A DNA stretch of 64,000 bases from Marsupella aquatica (GCA_973895155.1 OZ316892.1:20347869-20411868), one strand, 5' to 3'. Positions 36,331 through 49,800 are shown, numbered from the stretch's first letter. Translations and numbers: made by a program. The notes: generated by a model from the letters alone, not told the origin.

Positions 36331-39300
36331 GTTTGGCACTTTTTTGTTCTTTGGCACATTTAGCTCTTTGGCAGTTTGTTATAAAGGGGAGGAGAGGAAA
36401 CCCAAGAGACCCATATACTTTGGTGCTTTGACACAATTTGTAACAAAATGATACTGTAGTAGAGTATGAGTTAAGTTCCATTGGGTTCATTTTCCCACCC
36501 TCCCTCATTTGCACCCAACCCCCTTGTTCTTGCAAAGGGGGTGAGACAATGGAAGTGTATGGCTCCAGGATGCATTGCCCCCTCGTTGCAAGAATGGAGG
36601 TAGCGGGAGAAGGTGGGGTGTGATTGACTGGCTCCTCGACCCCCTTTCAAAAGAACATTGGGCAATTGCTATGTTTTGAGATTATTAAACTCTCGGGTAG
36701 AGTACCTGTTAAGCTCCATTGGCCCCTCATCCCATGGTGAGTAGTGAATTGGGCGATTGATGGTGGATGGTGGCTTGTGCAGTATGTCTTGTTGGTACTT
36801 CTCACAAGCTTGGACAGCCCAAACTGTCTCCCATTTATTTGGAAAGGGGTTGGTATTTGGGCTCTTTAATGGGCTTGGCTGAGTGTACAACTTAGCTAGA
36901 AATTTGTGTACAAAATTACTTTACACAAATAAGAGCAAGTGTAAACTAAGCTCCCGGTATAAAACCCTGAATTTCTTTCCACAACTCTCAGTTGTCTTAC
37001 TGAGATTTTGCATCAATGTACTTGTGACCTTGCTGTGGTCTATGGATTAAGAGCATATGTACATTATTTGGTATTCTCTCATTCGCTTTGTTAATAGCTT
37101 ACTTTAGTTACAGGACCACATATGCTTTTCCAAATTCCATGTGTGGCCATATATGTCAGTAGTTTTGCACAACAGGGATGTCTATGTTAGTGGCAATACA
37201 CAAACATGACCATGTGTGTAACAGAAGTTTTGTAGGGGCCCGTCAGGTAAATTTGTTTGGTAAGGGTCCCATCAAGCATATACCTCCAATCTAAAGTATA
37301 CATGAAAACATTACGGTGCCCTACCGTACTGAATCCAGAAATTGTAGGGTCCAGCATGAATTAGGGGAGGGTGGATAATGGGCACTTGCACTGAGTTCCA
37401 CCTGGATATTGGATTAAACCTCAGATTAAACTACCTTATAATGGATGAGAGCATCCACACCAATGGTTTGTATTCAGCACATGACTGTCAAAGATCTTGC
37501 AATATCTCGGCTTGAGCTCAAGTTAGGGCTTGCCCAGTGGTCAGCATCAGCAAAGTTTTTGCAGACCACAATGCCCATGCACTTTCCGGCTGCTAGAGTC
37601 CCCCTTTTCCAAGTCTGCATTCTGTTTTGCAAGTGTTGTCAACAGTCGCGGAACTCGACTAACTTAACACTTAGCTCCGGTGTCGCTGACTCCGACGCCG
37701 AGCTCCCTTATGGTCCAGGCCCGGATAGGCCATCCGGGGAGGACTTAGCATGGGGAGACTTGTAGGCAATGAGACATGGCACTAGCGAGGCAAGGAGCCA
37801 AGCTGGGGGCACACACTAAGGACTTGGACTAGCCGATGGCTGGTCGGGTCAAGGAGAAATGGGCCGGGCTCAAGGATGGTTGTCCGGACCTCCGGATGGA
37901 CTTTGAGTTCTGAGGGCTTGAGTGTGAGCTCCTCTTGGGCCCAAGGCCAATGGAGTTGAAGCCATGGGCAACGGACGCTTGGGGCGCAAGTTGTGGCCCG
38001 ATCTGGGTTGGGCCAGTCGAGGGCCCCAAGCGGCAATGAGACCTGAGGGCCTAGGCATGAGCATTGGGTCGGCCCGGTCACAACGGGCTAAGGCACTCCG
38101 ATTGCGGATGCCTAACGAGAAAGTTATGGGCGTTACCGGTTGGTGGCACGCCCGTTATGCGCGATAGGATCCGGGTTGGGGGCCAAATGTTTAGGGACCA
38201 AAGCTGGTCCGGGGGTGGCAGGTCTCCAGAAGCATATATGAGGGGAGTGGTGTCTCCATGGGGGCTAAGGGCGAGCCGAAGTCGTGAGCCGCGGCGGTCG
38301 CAACACTAAGGGAAAACGTCAAACGGAAACGACAATATCTTCCCAACGGGGAAGTCCGTTGGATGACTTCTTGGGTGCGTTGGAAAGCTCTCGAGGAGGG
38401 CTACGCCCTCCTGAGCTCAGTTGGGTCTAGGGGTGCCATGGGTTCTCGTGGTTTGCGGGGGTTAGCTCGCCCGCTTGCCAAATCCTGCCGAACAACAGCC
38501 AAACTGCGTTCAGTCTCCCAAGGGAGCTTGCGTTGGGGAGGCAAGGCCAAGTAGGTGTGGAGGCTGAGTTCCAAGGGTGCTCGGCCCCTAGACCATCAGT
38601 GGGGAAAACCGGGAGCAGTTGCTAGAGTCAGGGCCGTTCTGGTCCCGACGTGTTGGGACAAGCTTGGGACAAGCTTTAGGACAAGCTGCGCTAATTTGGG
38701 CCATGAGCATGTTCTGGGGTCAGGGCGGTCAGTTGGTGATGGATAGGTACGAGGGGGAACCCGGGCCGCACCCAAGGAAGGAGCTGTCTTGGACGGACAG
38801 TGGGCGTGGGTTCTGGTTCCGACTTATGGCATCGGGAGGACCTATCGCTGACCTATTTACCAACGTCTGTTGAGCTTGACTAGGATGCTAGACTTGGCGA
38901 GTTCTAGATCCTGAAGGGTTACTTACCGAGGTACTGGGTTGCTTGTGCAGATAGGGAGGACCGTTGAGTAGCGGTCGTGTTAGAGAGCAAGTGCGGCTTC
39001 GTATGGGAGGGGCCGCTGGCGGTGCAAAGGGGCACTAGGGTGCATACTCGAAGTATTCCGTGGAGGCATTCGGGTACCAAGGGCAGTTAGGCGGGAGTGC
39101 TGGGATTGGTGAGGGCGCTGGGTGGCTAGGTCCACCACTCCAACCCACACTGCCTATGCTTGACCCACATGATTGTCCAGATCTCATGTCCATGCGACAT
39201 TCCTCATTTTTATGAAACTGGCGCCAACCAAACTAGATCCAACATCCTTTGAGTAGTCACAACTTTCTTTGAAGGTTTTTAGCTAAATGTGAAAGAGGTT

Positions 39301-39609
39301 ACTATTTTCACAGCACCCATCAAAGCTCCATCATCTCAGTCACTATGATCAGGACAGAATCACTTCCGTAGATTTTTCAGCTTCTACTAATGATTTCTGT
39401 AGTTATCCTCAATTGGTCATGGGCAAAAACAGTTTTGTCTACTTGTGTACCCGAGTATATCAAGAAAAATTATTTTTTCTATTCTCTTTATGACCTATTT
39501 TTTCCAAGTTAGATTAACACTCAATCCTAAATTCTTCAAAGCTTGTGTGCAATTGACAAAAGTGGAAAAGGAAGGAACAAACCAGTACCATGGAAGGAGA
39601 GAAAAGATT

Positions 39610-40075
39610 TCTATATCAGCAGAGGGCGACCACACTTGACCATGTGATGCCCCAGCCACCACCCCCGTCTTGCATTCCCTCCCACGCCCTTGCTCTCGCG
39701 CTCCCCCACAACATTGCTTTTACAATAACACTATGGGACATGCTTTGCCCCAACATCTTTGCCTCTGCTCAACATCTTTTTCTCACCTCAATTAGACATA
39801 TTTTTCTCATCTTGATATCTTTTCTCTCTTTGACGTCGTTTACTCACCTTGATCAATGTCATTTTTTACATTGATATATTTTCTCACCTTGACATCTTTC
39901 CTCTCCTTTACAACTTTTCTCCTTTACATCCTTAATTTGCTCACCTCAACATCTTTTTTCTCTCTTTGACATCTTTTATCACCTCGACATCTTTTGTTCA
40001 GTTCGATATCATTTCTCTCCTCGACATCTTTTATCACCTTGACATCTTTCATGCAACGCACGGGCATTAGGCTTG
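39610..40075 (+). mobile_element. Non-autonomous Helitron-like element carrying a ~19-bp minisatellite
   Basis: The 3' end ATGCAACGCACGGGCATTAGGCTTG|T resembles the plant Helitron terminus (GTGCAACGCACGGG...CTAG|T). The 5' end is TCTATATC, and an internal array of ctcaccttgacatcttt units spans 39780-40050. Confidence 0.55.
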
Positions 40076-40145
40076 TACTAATAAATTAGATAAGTTAGGT
40101 ATCACTACAAGACAAAAAATGAAGCATTAGTCCAGCATCCCGCCA

Positions 40146-40302
40146 GGACAGTATATTGAAAACATTATTTTTAGTCTCCAATAGATGAAAAGGAAAGGAC
40201 CATAACATTAAAATACTTTAGGGATAGTCTATTGAAAACATTATTTTAGTCTCCATTAGATGAAAAGGAAAGGACCATAAAATTAAAATACTCTAGGGGA
40301 CA
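40146..40302. repeat. Tandem duplication of about 77 bp
   Basis: gga.agt.tattgaaaacattatttt.agtctcca.tagatgaaaaggaaaggaccataa.attaaaatact.tagg occurs twice. Confidence 0.9.
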
Positions 40303-40925
40303 GCTAGGTTCATAGCCAGGGTCAGTTCAGTTTGAGGGACAGGTTACTAAAAAATGGAATTCAAAATATATATCAGAGATTTTCACATGCAAACCAAATG
40401 CGCAGCTTGCTCCTATCTGATTTCCCATTTCAGTAACAAAAGAAAAGAACAGGAAACAAAAACCCAGATGGATCGAGACATTGTCCCTGCTCATCCCCAT
40501 GGAATGTGTAAAACATAGTCGCTTTTACACCATAAAGAAAAAGGAAGCGGTCACGGGTCACAGTTGACGACTTTGACTAACTTAGGGAGAAAGTAGTCAA
40601 GACGTCATGGTGATCCTGAGTAATGGAATAATTTCTTGATGTCTTTCAGGTTCAAGATAGTCAAGTCGTCAAGTCACCGAGAAAACTGGTTTTATAATAG
40701 AATTGAAACCGGCTGCAAACGGGAAGGAGACCTTTCAGAGGTCACATATCAGTCAAAAGCGTAAATAATGTTATCTAAGTTAGTTTACGTGTTCTGAACA
40801 AGTCCATCCAAGCTTTTGCCAGTCCATCAGGGCAGGGCTACATAGACAAAGTACATGAGGGCTTTATAGACAAAGTGGAGGTCGGCTTTAGGTTTGTGGC
40901 TTTAGTTTCAAAGAACTGTTTCTTC

Positions 40926-41110
40926 TGTGTTTCCATAGCGATGGCTATGTTTTGCATCTCAAGCAAACTACGTAATGCCCAGGGATGAACTGTCTTGTGT
41001 TTTCCAGAGCGATGGCTATGTTTTGCATCTCAAGCAAACTACGTAATGCCCAGGGATGAACTGTCTTGTGTTTTCCAGAGCGATGGCTATGTTTTGCATC
41101 TCAAGCAAAC
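40926..41110. repeat. Near-perfect ~71-bp tandem repeat (about 2.6 copies)
   Basis: tgtgtttcca.agcgatggctatgttttgcatctcaagcaaactacgtaatgcccagggatgaactgtct is repeated. Confidence 0.95.
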
Positions 41111-42150
41111 AACATACTATCCGATACAGATGATGGTCACCAGTCATGGCGCTGTGCTTTCAAGGATACCCAGCGAATGCGGATCTGTCTTCTTTCTTCC
41201 CCACCCTGTTTGATGGAGCAAACATAAACACCATCAAAAAGGGCCGGCAAGAACAGAGACGAATTCGCAGCAGAGTTCCTGCTGCCCGACGCGAATGTCA
41301 GCTGGAATGGCAATCAAAACGAGTTTTGAAGGTAAGGCAAGGCACGACTAGCTTAAACTTTCTCGTCGTGGGTTGATTCTTTTTGGGGTTGGAGGTTAGG
41401 CCCCCGAACTGCATATCAATCCTCTTACTAGGTGTTTCTCCAGATCCTGATCTTGTGATACTTGCAATCAAACGCAGGCGGCCCCTGTTTCTTTGTGGAA
41501 TGGTGTTGCCTGTTTTGTCCCATACATTGTTGCGTAATCTCAGTGAGTGTAGTTTGCAGTTGAATGCAACCCTCTCTCCAGTTACGGGAAGTCTTGTAAC
41601 TGTTTGGCATGATAGAAGTACATCCAGACCAGCTTAGTTGACACGGACATCGGGGTGCTCAGGACAGTGTAAGTGTTGTAACATCCTTTCCACTGAATCT
41701 GGGAAACGGCCTCTTGCCTTGCTTGTCACCAATTTGGCACTCTCCCCGTTCAGTTTGAGATATCATATAAAGTCATTAAACTACGCATGAATGCCCTGTT
41801 GAGCACCAGGGAGCGGGACTTGTGAAATGCCTGTTCGGCAGATGATCTTCGAGTGTTACAATTTTTATTTTAGTAATCGAAAGAAAAAGCAACGACTGAA
41901 GCTGGTGAGTTAAAGTCGGGAATTTTTAGTTTCCTCTCCTTCAAAACCGTGCATGAAACAATGACCTTCTCTTTGATCCGCACTTTAGAAAATATGTCCG
42001 CTTTTGTTCTGCTTGTTTCCAGTATAATGGTCTTGGATAGAATATGGTAACTAAGTGTTCCCCTGCTGGTACTTCGAGTGACAAGATCAATGCCAGTTCC
42101 ACTATCACAAAACCAACATTCAAGTAATCTCTTCAACCAAACCCCATCGA
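40926..42150 (+). mobile_element. Degenerate L1-like LINE 5' portion (ORF1 with a decayed CCHC zinc knuckle)
   Basis: Homologous to 24598-24935 (-). Across a frameshift, LENMSA/FCSACFQY...TKCSP at ~41985-42063 resembles the plant L1 ORF1 motif YE.LP.FC..C...GH....C. Confidence 0.55.
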
Positions 42151-42189
42151 CGATGGCATTTCTTGTGACCTTTTATCCTGTAAGCTGGC

Positions 42190-43450
42190 CATGTGAACAT
42201 TGGACACACAAGAGTACAAAGTGAATTGAGTAAAATTGTTTATAGTAATGGATATTCACTGCAAAATGTTTCTAGCAATCTAGGAAATTGCTTACGGTCG
42301 GTGGGTGACACCTGAAGGCGTGATTCTAAGTGCCGTCACTCAGATGTGACTCTATTCGCCTGTCTTTTAGTGATCATCTAGTCCTACTCATTGATACGTA
42401 TTCTGATCACACAGATCAAGACTAGGATTCTTAAATCTAACTAGATTAACTAACTCTATAAATCCAAATTGACTCCAACACTCTGTAGAATTCATCATGG
42501 TCATATAACCCAGACTTAAGGAAGATGCGTGCTTCATACGTAGTCCTCTCTGCAACCCCTTGTTAAATACATTAGAAATCATCTTCCCACTCGGAACTCT
42601 CGGAGTTGAACTTCTCGGAGTGAACGGAGTTCAACTTCTCCGGAGTTCAACTTCTCCGGAGTTGAACTTCTCTTGGAACCAATCACCGCGATCGCTCAAC
42701 GATTATCACACAAGATCCGTTTAAATTTCCGGGAAAGCCAATATAATCTAACACTTTTGTGAGCCATTTTGACTCAGGTCTGGCTCTAGTCAGAGCCATG
42801 TATTCTTGTTCTAGTGTCCGCATCGCTTCCATAATCAGTATCTGAGTAGGCTCGAAGACGTGGAAGGAATGCTGAGCGAGTATACTGACTGTAGAAGGGT
42901 TTGGTTGCTTGCAGATATTGAAGATGTGCCTGATTGCTGTTAAAATGTTGTGAATCAGGGTTGGACATCTATGGCGCAACTTTACTAACAACAAACCCAA
43001 TATCAGGTCTAGTAAAGACTATATAGTCCACAGTAGGCTGTCTTTGGCACTTTCATGACGATCGCAACCAGCACATTGATGTAGTGTTTCAGTATAATAA
43101 GGGATCATGTACGAAGTGCAGAGATAGCTATTCTGTAAAATCCAACCTACTATAATGTTTTTTGCATGTTTACCGAGGGATTGCTGAAAGGACTACATAT
43201 GAAGCACCTATGTTCCCCAGGTGTAGGTTATGAAATGTTAAACTGTTTGGGGGTGTTGCAATCAATATGGGTTCATACAGTACGTCCTCTCATCTAGTTA
43301 GATGTATTACCTTAGTCTTGAGCTGTGTGATCAGAGTACATATGAATGGATCGGATTGATAGAGCTAACTGAATAAGATTGTTTTTACAACTAGACCGAT
43401 TCCAACAGGTTGAGCAACAAACAGAAATCTGTGGCCCTATTAAGTGCACA
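42190..43450 (-). mobile_element. Decayed Ty1/Copia RT-RNase H remnant
   Basis: Minus-strand fragments HLQYLQAT, LRAYSDTDYGSDADTR (RNase H L.AYSDAD.AGD.DTR) and VPSGKMISNVFNKGL (V.S...LADIFTK.L). A possible 3' LTR starts TGTTGG at ~42480. Confidence 0.7.
42592..42672. repeat. Quasi-palindromic ~17-bp minisatellite (CCGGAGTTCAACTTCT)n
   Basis: Four to five units of ggagtt(c/g)aacttctcc are directly visible. Confidence 0.85.
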
Positions 43451-43820
43451 GGAAGAATATGTGGCTGCCTAGAAAAGCCACTGTTGAAGGTGTTTGATTA
43501 TACAAACTAATTGCATGTTACTGTAGTCCTCTCTATAATTGGAAATTTTTGTGCCTCTTTTCACCTAATCAACTCAGAATTCTTTAACGGAATTATGACG
43601 TACCAGCCAAACAAACAGATTGACGATATCACTGCTTTTTGTACGGTGATCCCTTAGCCTCACTGAACTTCATCACCATCGGCCATTGGCCACTAGGATT
43701 GGATATAATGGGAAGTATTACCTCCTGGTTAAGCAAGAATTTCTCTGCAATTTCCTCGTTTGCTGCCAGGAAGTGAGGTACAAGTGAGAAGCAATGTGCC
43801 CCTCGAATTGGCTTACAAGT

Positions 43821-46800
43821 TTAAGGGAAGGAAGATGTCAGTATCGAAATCTGGCCCTCTTTCTCCATGATCTCCTCCTCTAGTTGGTGGGCTCTATTTC
43901 TCAACTCTTCTGTTTGCCGCTCGATTGTCAAAGCATTTTGACTTCTGGTCTTTATATCCTCCAATTCGGTTTTAATTCTGGTCATTTCTGCAACCTTGCA
44001 GTTGATTTTCTCTTCCAAATCCTGGATTACAATCTTTAATTGCTGCACTTCGCCTTCCAATTTCCGCTCTTTGCTTTGGGCTTTGTGCAATGACACGAGT
44101 AGCTGCTCCTTTTCTTCTGAGATGAAGTGCTGCCCTTCAATTGTTTTGCCCAGATGGACAGTCAATCTCTCCACTGCCACTTCACGTGCCGCCAACTCCT
44201 GCTCTGTTTCTTGAAGTTTGAACCGAAGAAATTCATGGTGATGGCGATATGTGTCGCCTTCTTCCCTGGCTTGCGTTACATCTTGTGGCAACCTTGCCGT
44301 TTCCTTTAAAAGAAGTAGAGCCTCATCTGACTTTTCACTAATACTTTGCTGCAAACTTGTTACCATCTTTGTGAGTGTCTTGATCTGCATTTAGAACTAG
44401 ATTTTTATTATGCTTGTCATCTCAAAGAGTAAGAAAAGATGGGACCTATTTCCTCAATTTCATTCAATCCGAAGCTAGAATTTGAAATCCAGGTGATGAC
44501 AATCAGAGTTCTTTGTATTCAATAGAGTCCATGCTAGATTTGTTAATTGGACCTTTGTGTGAACACGTTAAACTCTTATCTAAAGTTTATGAAGGAACGA
44601 AGTCCAGTCCAACATGATCAGATTGTAGCTTGTGGCAACGAGTGGAAGCTCCTCGTGTGCTAGAAAACATTGTAGGTTTTTTCTGCGTTGTCCTCACCTC
44701 ATTTTCCTTGCTGTGAGCAACTGCCATAAGATCCTCATTTATATTGATGAATTCTTTGATGCGATTTCGCTGTTCATCAGCTTCAATCCTCGTTTGCTTG
44801 ATACTCCTTTCAAGTTCCGACTTCTCCCCAACCATTGCATCAGTTTCAAACTGAAAGGACTGCATCTGGCTTCTTAGATCTTGAACCTTCTGCTGAGTTT
44901 TGTTCCTTTCTCCTTTCAAGTTTGATGCCTGATTTTCCTTTTGTTCCAAGTCAATTTTGAGGTCTTGTACTGTGTCCCGAAGGCTCGTCACCTGTTTAAC
45001 ATGGATGTGTGGGAGAACCATTTGACAAATGAGTGTTACAAACAAATCTGCAAAATACTGTCTATACCACCCTTCAAAACGCATTTATAGCGACATCATG
45101 TTAATTGGTTTGACCACATTCTCACACGCACGTTGCCTTTGTACACTGTAAACCGTAGAGCAGGCCAGAGGGGTCTTAACAGAACATAGTTTACAGCAAA
45201 TTTTGGGTAGGACTTCACTTGCATACCAATCACTACCGACTCTCTGACTGAGAACTGCAAGATTAAAAGTTCACCTCGCTTCTGGCTGCTTGCAAGCGGC
45301 TATCCAGGCTAGCCACCAGTTCCTTATTGTGTGACCTTAAATCTGCTAGAGTTGTCTCTGTTTGGGCCACATCATGGGCAAGGTTCATGTTCACCTTCTT
45401 TTCATAGCTTAGTTTTTGATCCTTTTTCTCTAGCTCATCTGCATTCTTTGCCATTACTTCTGATATTTGCTGCACTTGACAATTGAGTTTTTCTTTGAGT
45501 AATGAATTAGTTTTCAATTCTTCTTCAAATTTCCTTTCTGCAACATGCAAGGCAGCTCTAAGATTTGCGGACAAGCCTCGGGTTGGAACCTCGACCATTT
45601 CATATGACTGCTTGGTTCCGCGAGAATTCTCTGTCATCCCTGTGGGCTTTAGTTCTTCTCTTGTTTGTTCCGGTTCCACCTCACTGCCGAGGGGCTTTGT
45701 GGTAGAAGAAATTTCCTTGTTCATCAATTCCAACTGATCCTTGTTCATCAATTCCAACTGATGGGTCTTCTCGATAGGGACAGGGATGATTCCAGCAACA
45801 TCGACACAACAATGTTTTTTTAGGTCTTCTCGTGTTTGTTCCGGTTCCACCTCACTGTCGAGGGCCTTTGTGGTAGAAGAAATTTCCTTGTTCATCAATT
45901 TCACCTGATGCTCTTCTCAATAGTGGCAGGGATGATTCCAACAACATCGACACAACAACGCAATTTTTTTTAAGTGACTGTTATTGAAGCGCATAAAAAT
46001 AGCTTCGGAATATCTTATTGAATACTAATTTTGCTAAGAAATAAACAAGACCTCTTTATTGACAACTGACAAAAATTCATCTCATCTGGTTTAGCAGTCG
46101 ATAGCTTCACGTGGAGTAGGACGCAAGACCTGTTGAGATGGAGCGTCTGCAGACAGATCATGGCAGAGCTCTGCAAGTTGTTGGCTCAATCTCTTGAGTA
46201 TATCCAAATAATAAGCGCGGTGCTCCGTTAATTTAGAGGAGGCTATATTTGCCTCATTGAAGTTCTCAGACTTGGCTTCTTGTTCCGAAAAAATTTCAGA
46301 AAGCCTTTTGAAAGCATTTGCTGCTTGCAAGTGCCCTGTAAATGCAATATACGAAGCTCAAGTAGCGCCTTGAGCAGAATGCAGCATATCTACCCTCTAT
46401 TTAATGAACTCAATTCTAGATTGGACCCCCTACAACGTACTTGCTGCCATGATTTTCACTGAACTGAATGAACTGAATGAACTGAATTGTCCTCGGGAAG
46501 ATTAAAGAGCTTGAAGCAAGACAAACTCTCAATGGACAACTATTCCTATAAAGAGGAGCATTAATGAAAACTTGCACGACTCTTAAGGCATCTGTAGGTA
46601 TTCTTTGACTATGCAACTCTATTCACGTTAAAGGTTCTTTTGATATTGCACGCTTTGCAGTCAGAAAAAATGGATTCTATGCACACCTTCATCTGATTTG
46701 TTTCTTTCAACCTCGACATGATTGCATTCGTGGCCACAGCTCTCGGAGCAACCCATCCGTTCAGGTCCTAAATTTGTACCATTTTCCAGCATAGAAGTAC

Positions 46801-49800
46801 TAATCTCGACTCCATTTTCTTCGTTTGGAGTTTGTGACCAACTGCTGCATTAGACAAAGAAGGCATTAGACAAAGAAGGCATCTCTGAAAATATTTTTCA
46901 TCCATTCTAAGAACAATTGAAAATTTCAGGTTTCAGCATGAAAGACAGATTTTCTTTCAGTAAGAACATAACTAAAATAGAAGATTTTACGAAGTGGAGG
47001 ATGAAAGTTTCGTAAAAGGAAAAAAAGGAAAAATATGAAAAACAAGTGTTGTTACAAAGAAAGGTCAACTAGCTATCATTAGAAGTTCTTATGAAGGATG
47101 AGAGTATATCACAGTTTTATAGCAAGGAGGCAACAAAAGAACTGAATATTGAATACAAATATCTCTGACTGAGCTGATCTAATTGAATTCATCCTAGTGT
47201 TCTTTTGATCAACGATACTAGTGGTCAACAAGAATGCCGGGAAGCGTAAGAAACGATCAATATCTGCAACATGTGTAACTTGAGAGGATTCCAGAATCAT
47301 TAGGTAGTAGCTGAGTGACACCTGCCATTGCCATGGACTCGTCTAATCGGAGCAAATTGATCATAGTGTGCATGTCGATCAGTTTTCCCTGGATAGTTAC
47401 TCCTACTCCTTGGTTCTTCCTTTGTAGCAGAATAGTTTTCCTCTTCAAATGGATCATCGGGTAGCTCTGGTCCGGTGTCCGTTGCAATCACCTCTGGGAT
47501 AGAATGGTGTCCCTCAGAAACGTTTTCTAAGCGAGAGAGATCTCTATCTGTCACAAATGCCTGGAAGTCTGACATCAAATTGGTGGAGTGACCATCAAAT
47601 TGGTGGTACTATTCTAGATACAAGCAAATTCCCATCTAAGACAAGGCATAGAAGGTGCAGCACTCATAGTGTCTTATAAAGTCAACATGAATTCTGTAAT
47701 CTGCAGCTGTAACATTCATAGTAATTTGATGCTGTCAGTCATTAAGACAAGTGACCTGAACAATTGAACGAAAAGAAAATTTGTCGAACTGTGAGTAAAT
47801 TAGAGCATTACAGGCCGGGTGCTAGTGCTACCAAGGAAATGGAGAGAAATTAAAATTAAGGCTAAAACATTAGAAAACGGAAGTTCATGGAAAACACAAA
47901 TTTACGAAATAAGAACTCCCTGAAATTCAGTGTTTGTCACTAGCTTTGACAGGAAGATAATCAGTGTTTATGGACACAGCTGAAATTTCCCCTCAAAAAA
48001 GGTTCTGAAGGCATTGTCGTAGATCAATCTTATGGTTGATAAAATTTCCCGGTAATGATGGAAGCAAAACAGAACTATCTACCCTATACATGAAGCGCAA
48101 GTTTGGGATTTTTGAATTTGGATCTCTTTCAAGGAGCACAAACGAGAGTTCATACGTTAGTACTACCCTACTTAGTGACTAAAATCTGTGCCCTGCAGAG
48201 AAGTAGAAAATGAATCGGTGACAGCAAGATTGTCGAACCTTCATCTGGGCGCTGCGGCCTCTTCTTGAAATCTGATTTCTCAAATGAGCAATCTCAGCTT
48301 TCAGAAGCTGGATTTCATAATCTTTTGATATTTGAGACAACTTTGGAGATAAGCACGTCTCCTGTCGAGGACTTTTATCAAATCCTTTTTCTGCTTCTTG
48401 CTCAAAGATTGGAGAGCTGTACAACAAATTGTAACCACCAGGAAAATCTTCCAACTTCTTTTCAAGTTGTGACAGCAAGCCATTCACATCTCGATCCACA
48501 TTTCCCATTGCTCTCCTTCTTCTTATAGTGTCTTGTAAACTGGTCTTATAATTTTCCAATAATTTCAACCTTCTAGCTAATTCCGCCATAGCATTTTCAG
48601 TCATCTTCCATGTGAGCTCTTGCTCTTGCATGATCCTGCGAAGCTCTGCTTTCGTTTCCTTTTTCCATTCTGCTGGTAGTGGCAAGGGTTGACTAGTAGC
48701 AGCGACAGGCGACTCTGCACAGTTGTATAGAGGATTATCCGATAGTTTACTCACGAAGACAAAGTCATCTTCGAAACCACTGGATGCGTTTGCTTCAAGC
48801 CCGGAGTCCTGAGGGGATCCAGGGCTCTTGTTGCGTTCAAACGGACTTCGGTCTCTCACGCAGCAAAGATCAGTCTTCTCGAAATCCGTCAAATCTGGTG
48901 GTTTCCAATCTTGCGCCCGGGAGCTATTTATTGGTGACAGAGACCATTCTTTTTCATTTTTCTTACCTGTATTCTTCTGACTGATAAGTTCCTGTCTTGT
49001 GTCTCTATCTCCATGTCTAGGAATGGATGCTGCTTGAGTACAGATGTCTTCTATTGGGACATAAACGTCCTCAACGATTTCGTCATCCTTCTTCAAATCT
49101 GACGACTCTTTCTCTGTCTCACCTCTCAGATCATGAGCTGAATGTTTCCTTTCACCCATGGTTTTTTCTATTTCCCGCTGCCAGTTTTCAAACTCTAACC
49201 TATCACAGTCTCCACATGAATCCACTTGCAATAGCTCCTCCTGATCGGATTGACGTGAACCTGGACCATCCACGCCACCTTGAAGAGCCCCTTGGCCATC
49301 CTGTAAACAAGCTTACTCATGTGATTCTGTCCTTTAAACCCCAGTAGCTGAATTCAGTTCTCTCATGGTGCATGCACAGGGATCTTCATACAATCTGAAT
49401 TTCACACTGCTTTTTCAACGTTTATTTAGGCGTCACGTTAGCATAATTATGTTCAATTTTAAAGTTCCTTATTTACTCAATACTACATACTTTCCTCCTG
49501 TTCATCTCTGACTAACGGAACGTAGACCAGGCCAGGGGAAACTAATTTTGGAGAGAATCTACCTCGTCCTCTTCATCCAACACGTCATTTGCAACACTGG
49601 AAGCCACCAACAATCTCACGTCCACCTTTTTTCTCGGAGGTTGTCCTTGACGGGCTTGACTCGCCTTCTCAAGCTCCATCAGGTGCTGTAGCCTTTTCAT
49701 GTCGCTATTGTATTCAACCTCTTCCACAAATTTCTTGTAATACCAATTTCTTTCATCGAGAAGGCTATGCAGTCTTTTTTCAGCAGCCTTACAGAAGCAG

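Noticed and set aside
38398-38418. TAS3 locus or MIR390 gene
   Set aside because: Only one imperfect site, with no second site, no tasiARF sequence and no precursor-length hairpin.
39780-41110. Repeat arrays as CRISPR-like loci
   Set aside because: Units are contiguous or degenerate with no unique spacers, the context is eukaryotic, and no cas genes are present.
48177-48238. 46-nt intron leading to an early stop in the coiled-coil gene
   Set aside because: The intron would be unusually short, and downstream exons continue in compatible phases. It remains possible only as a minor isoform.
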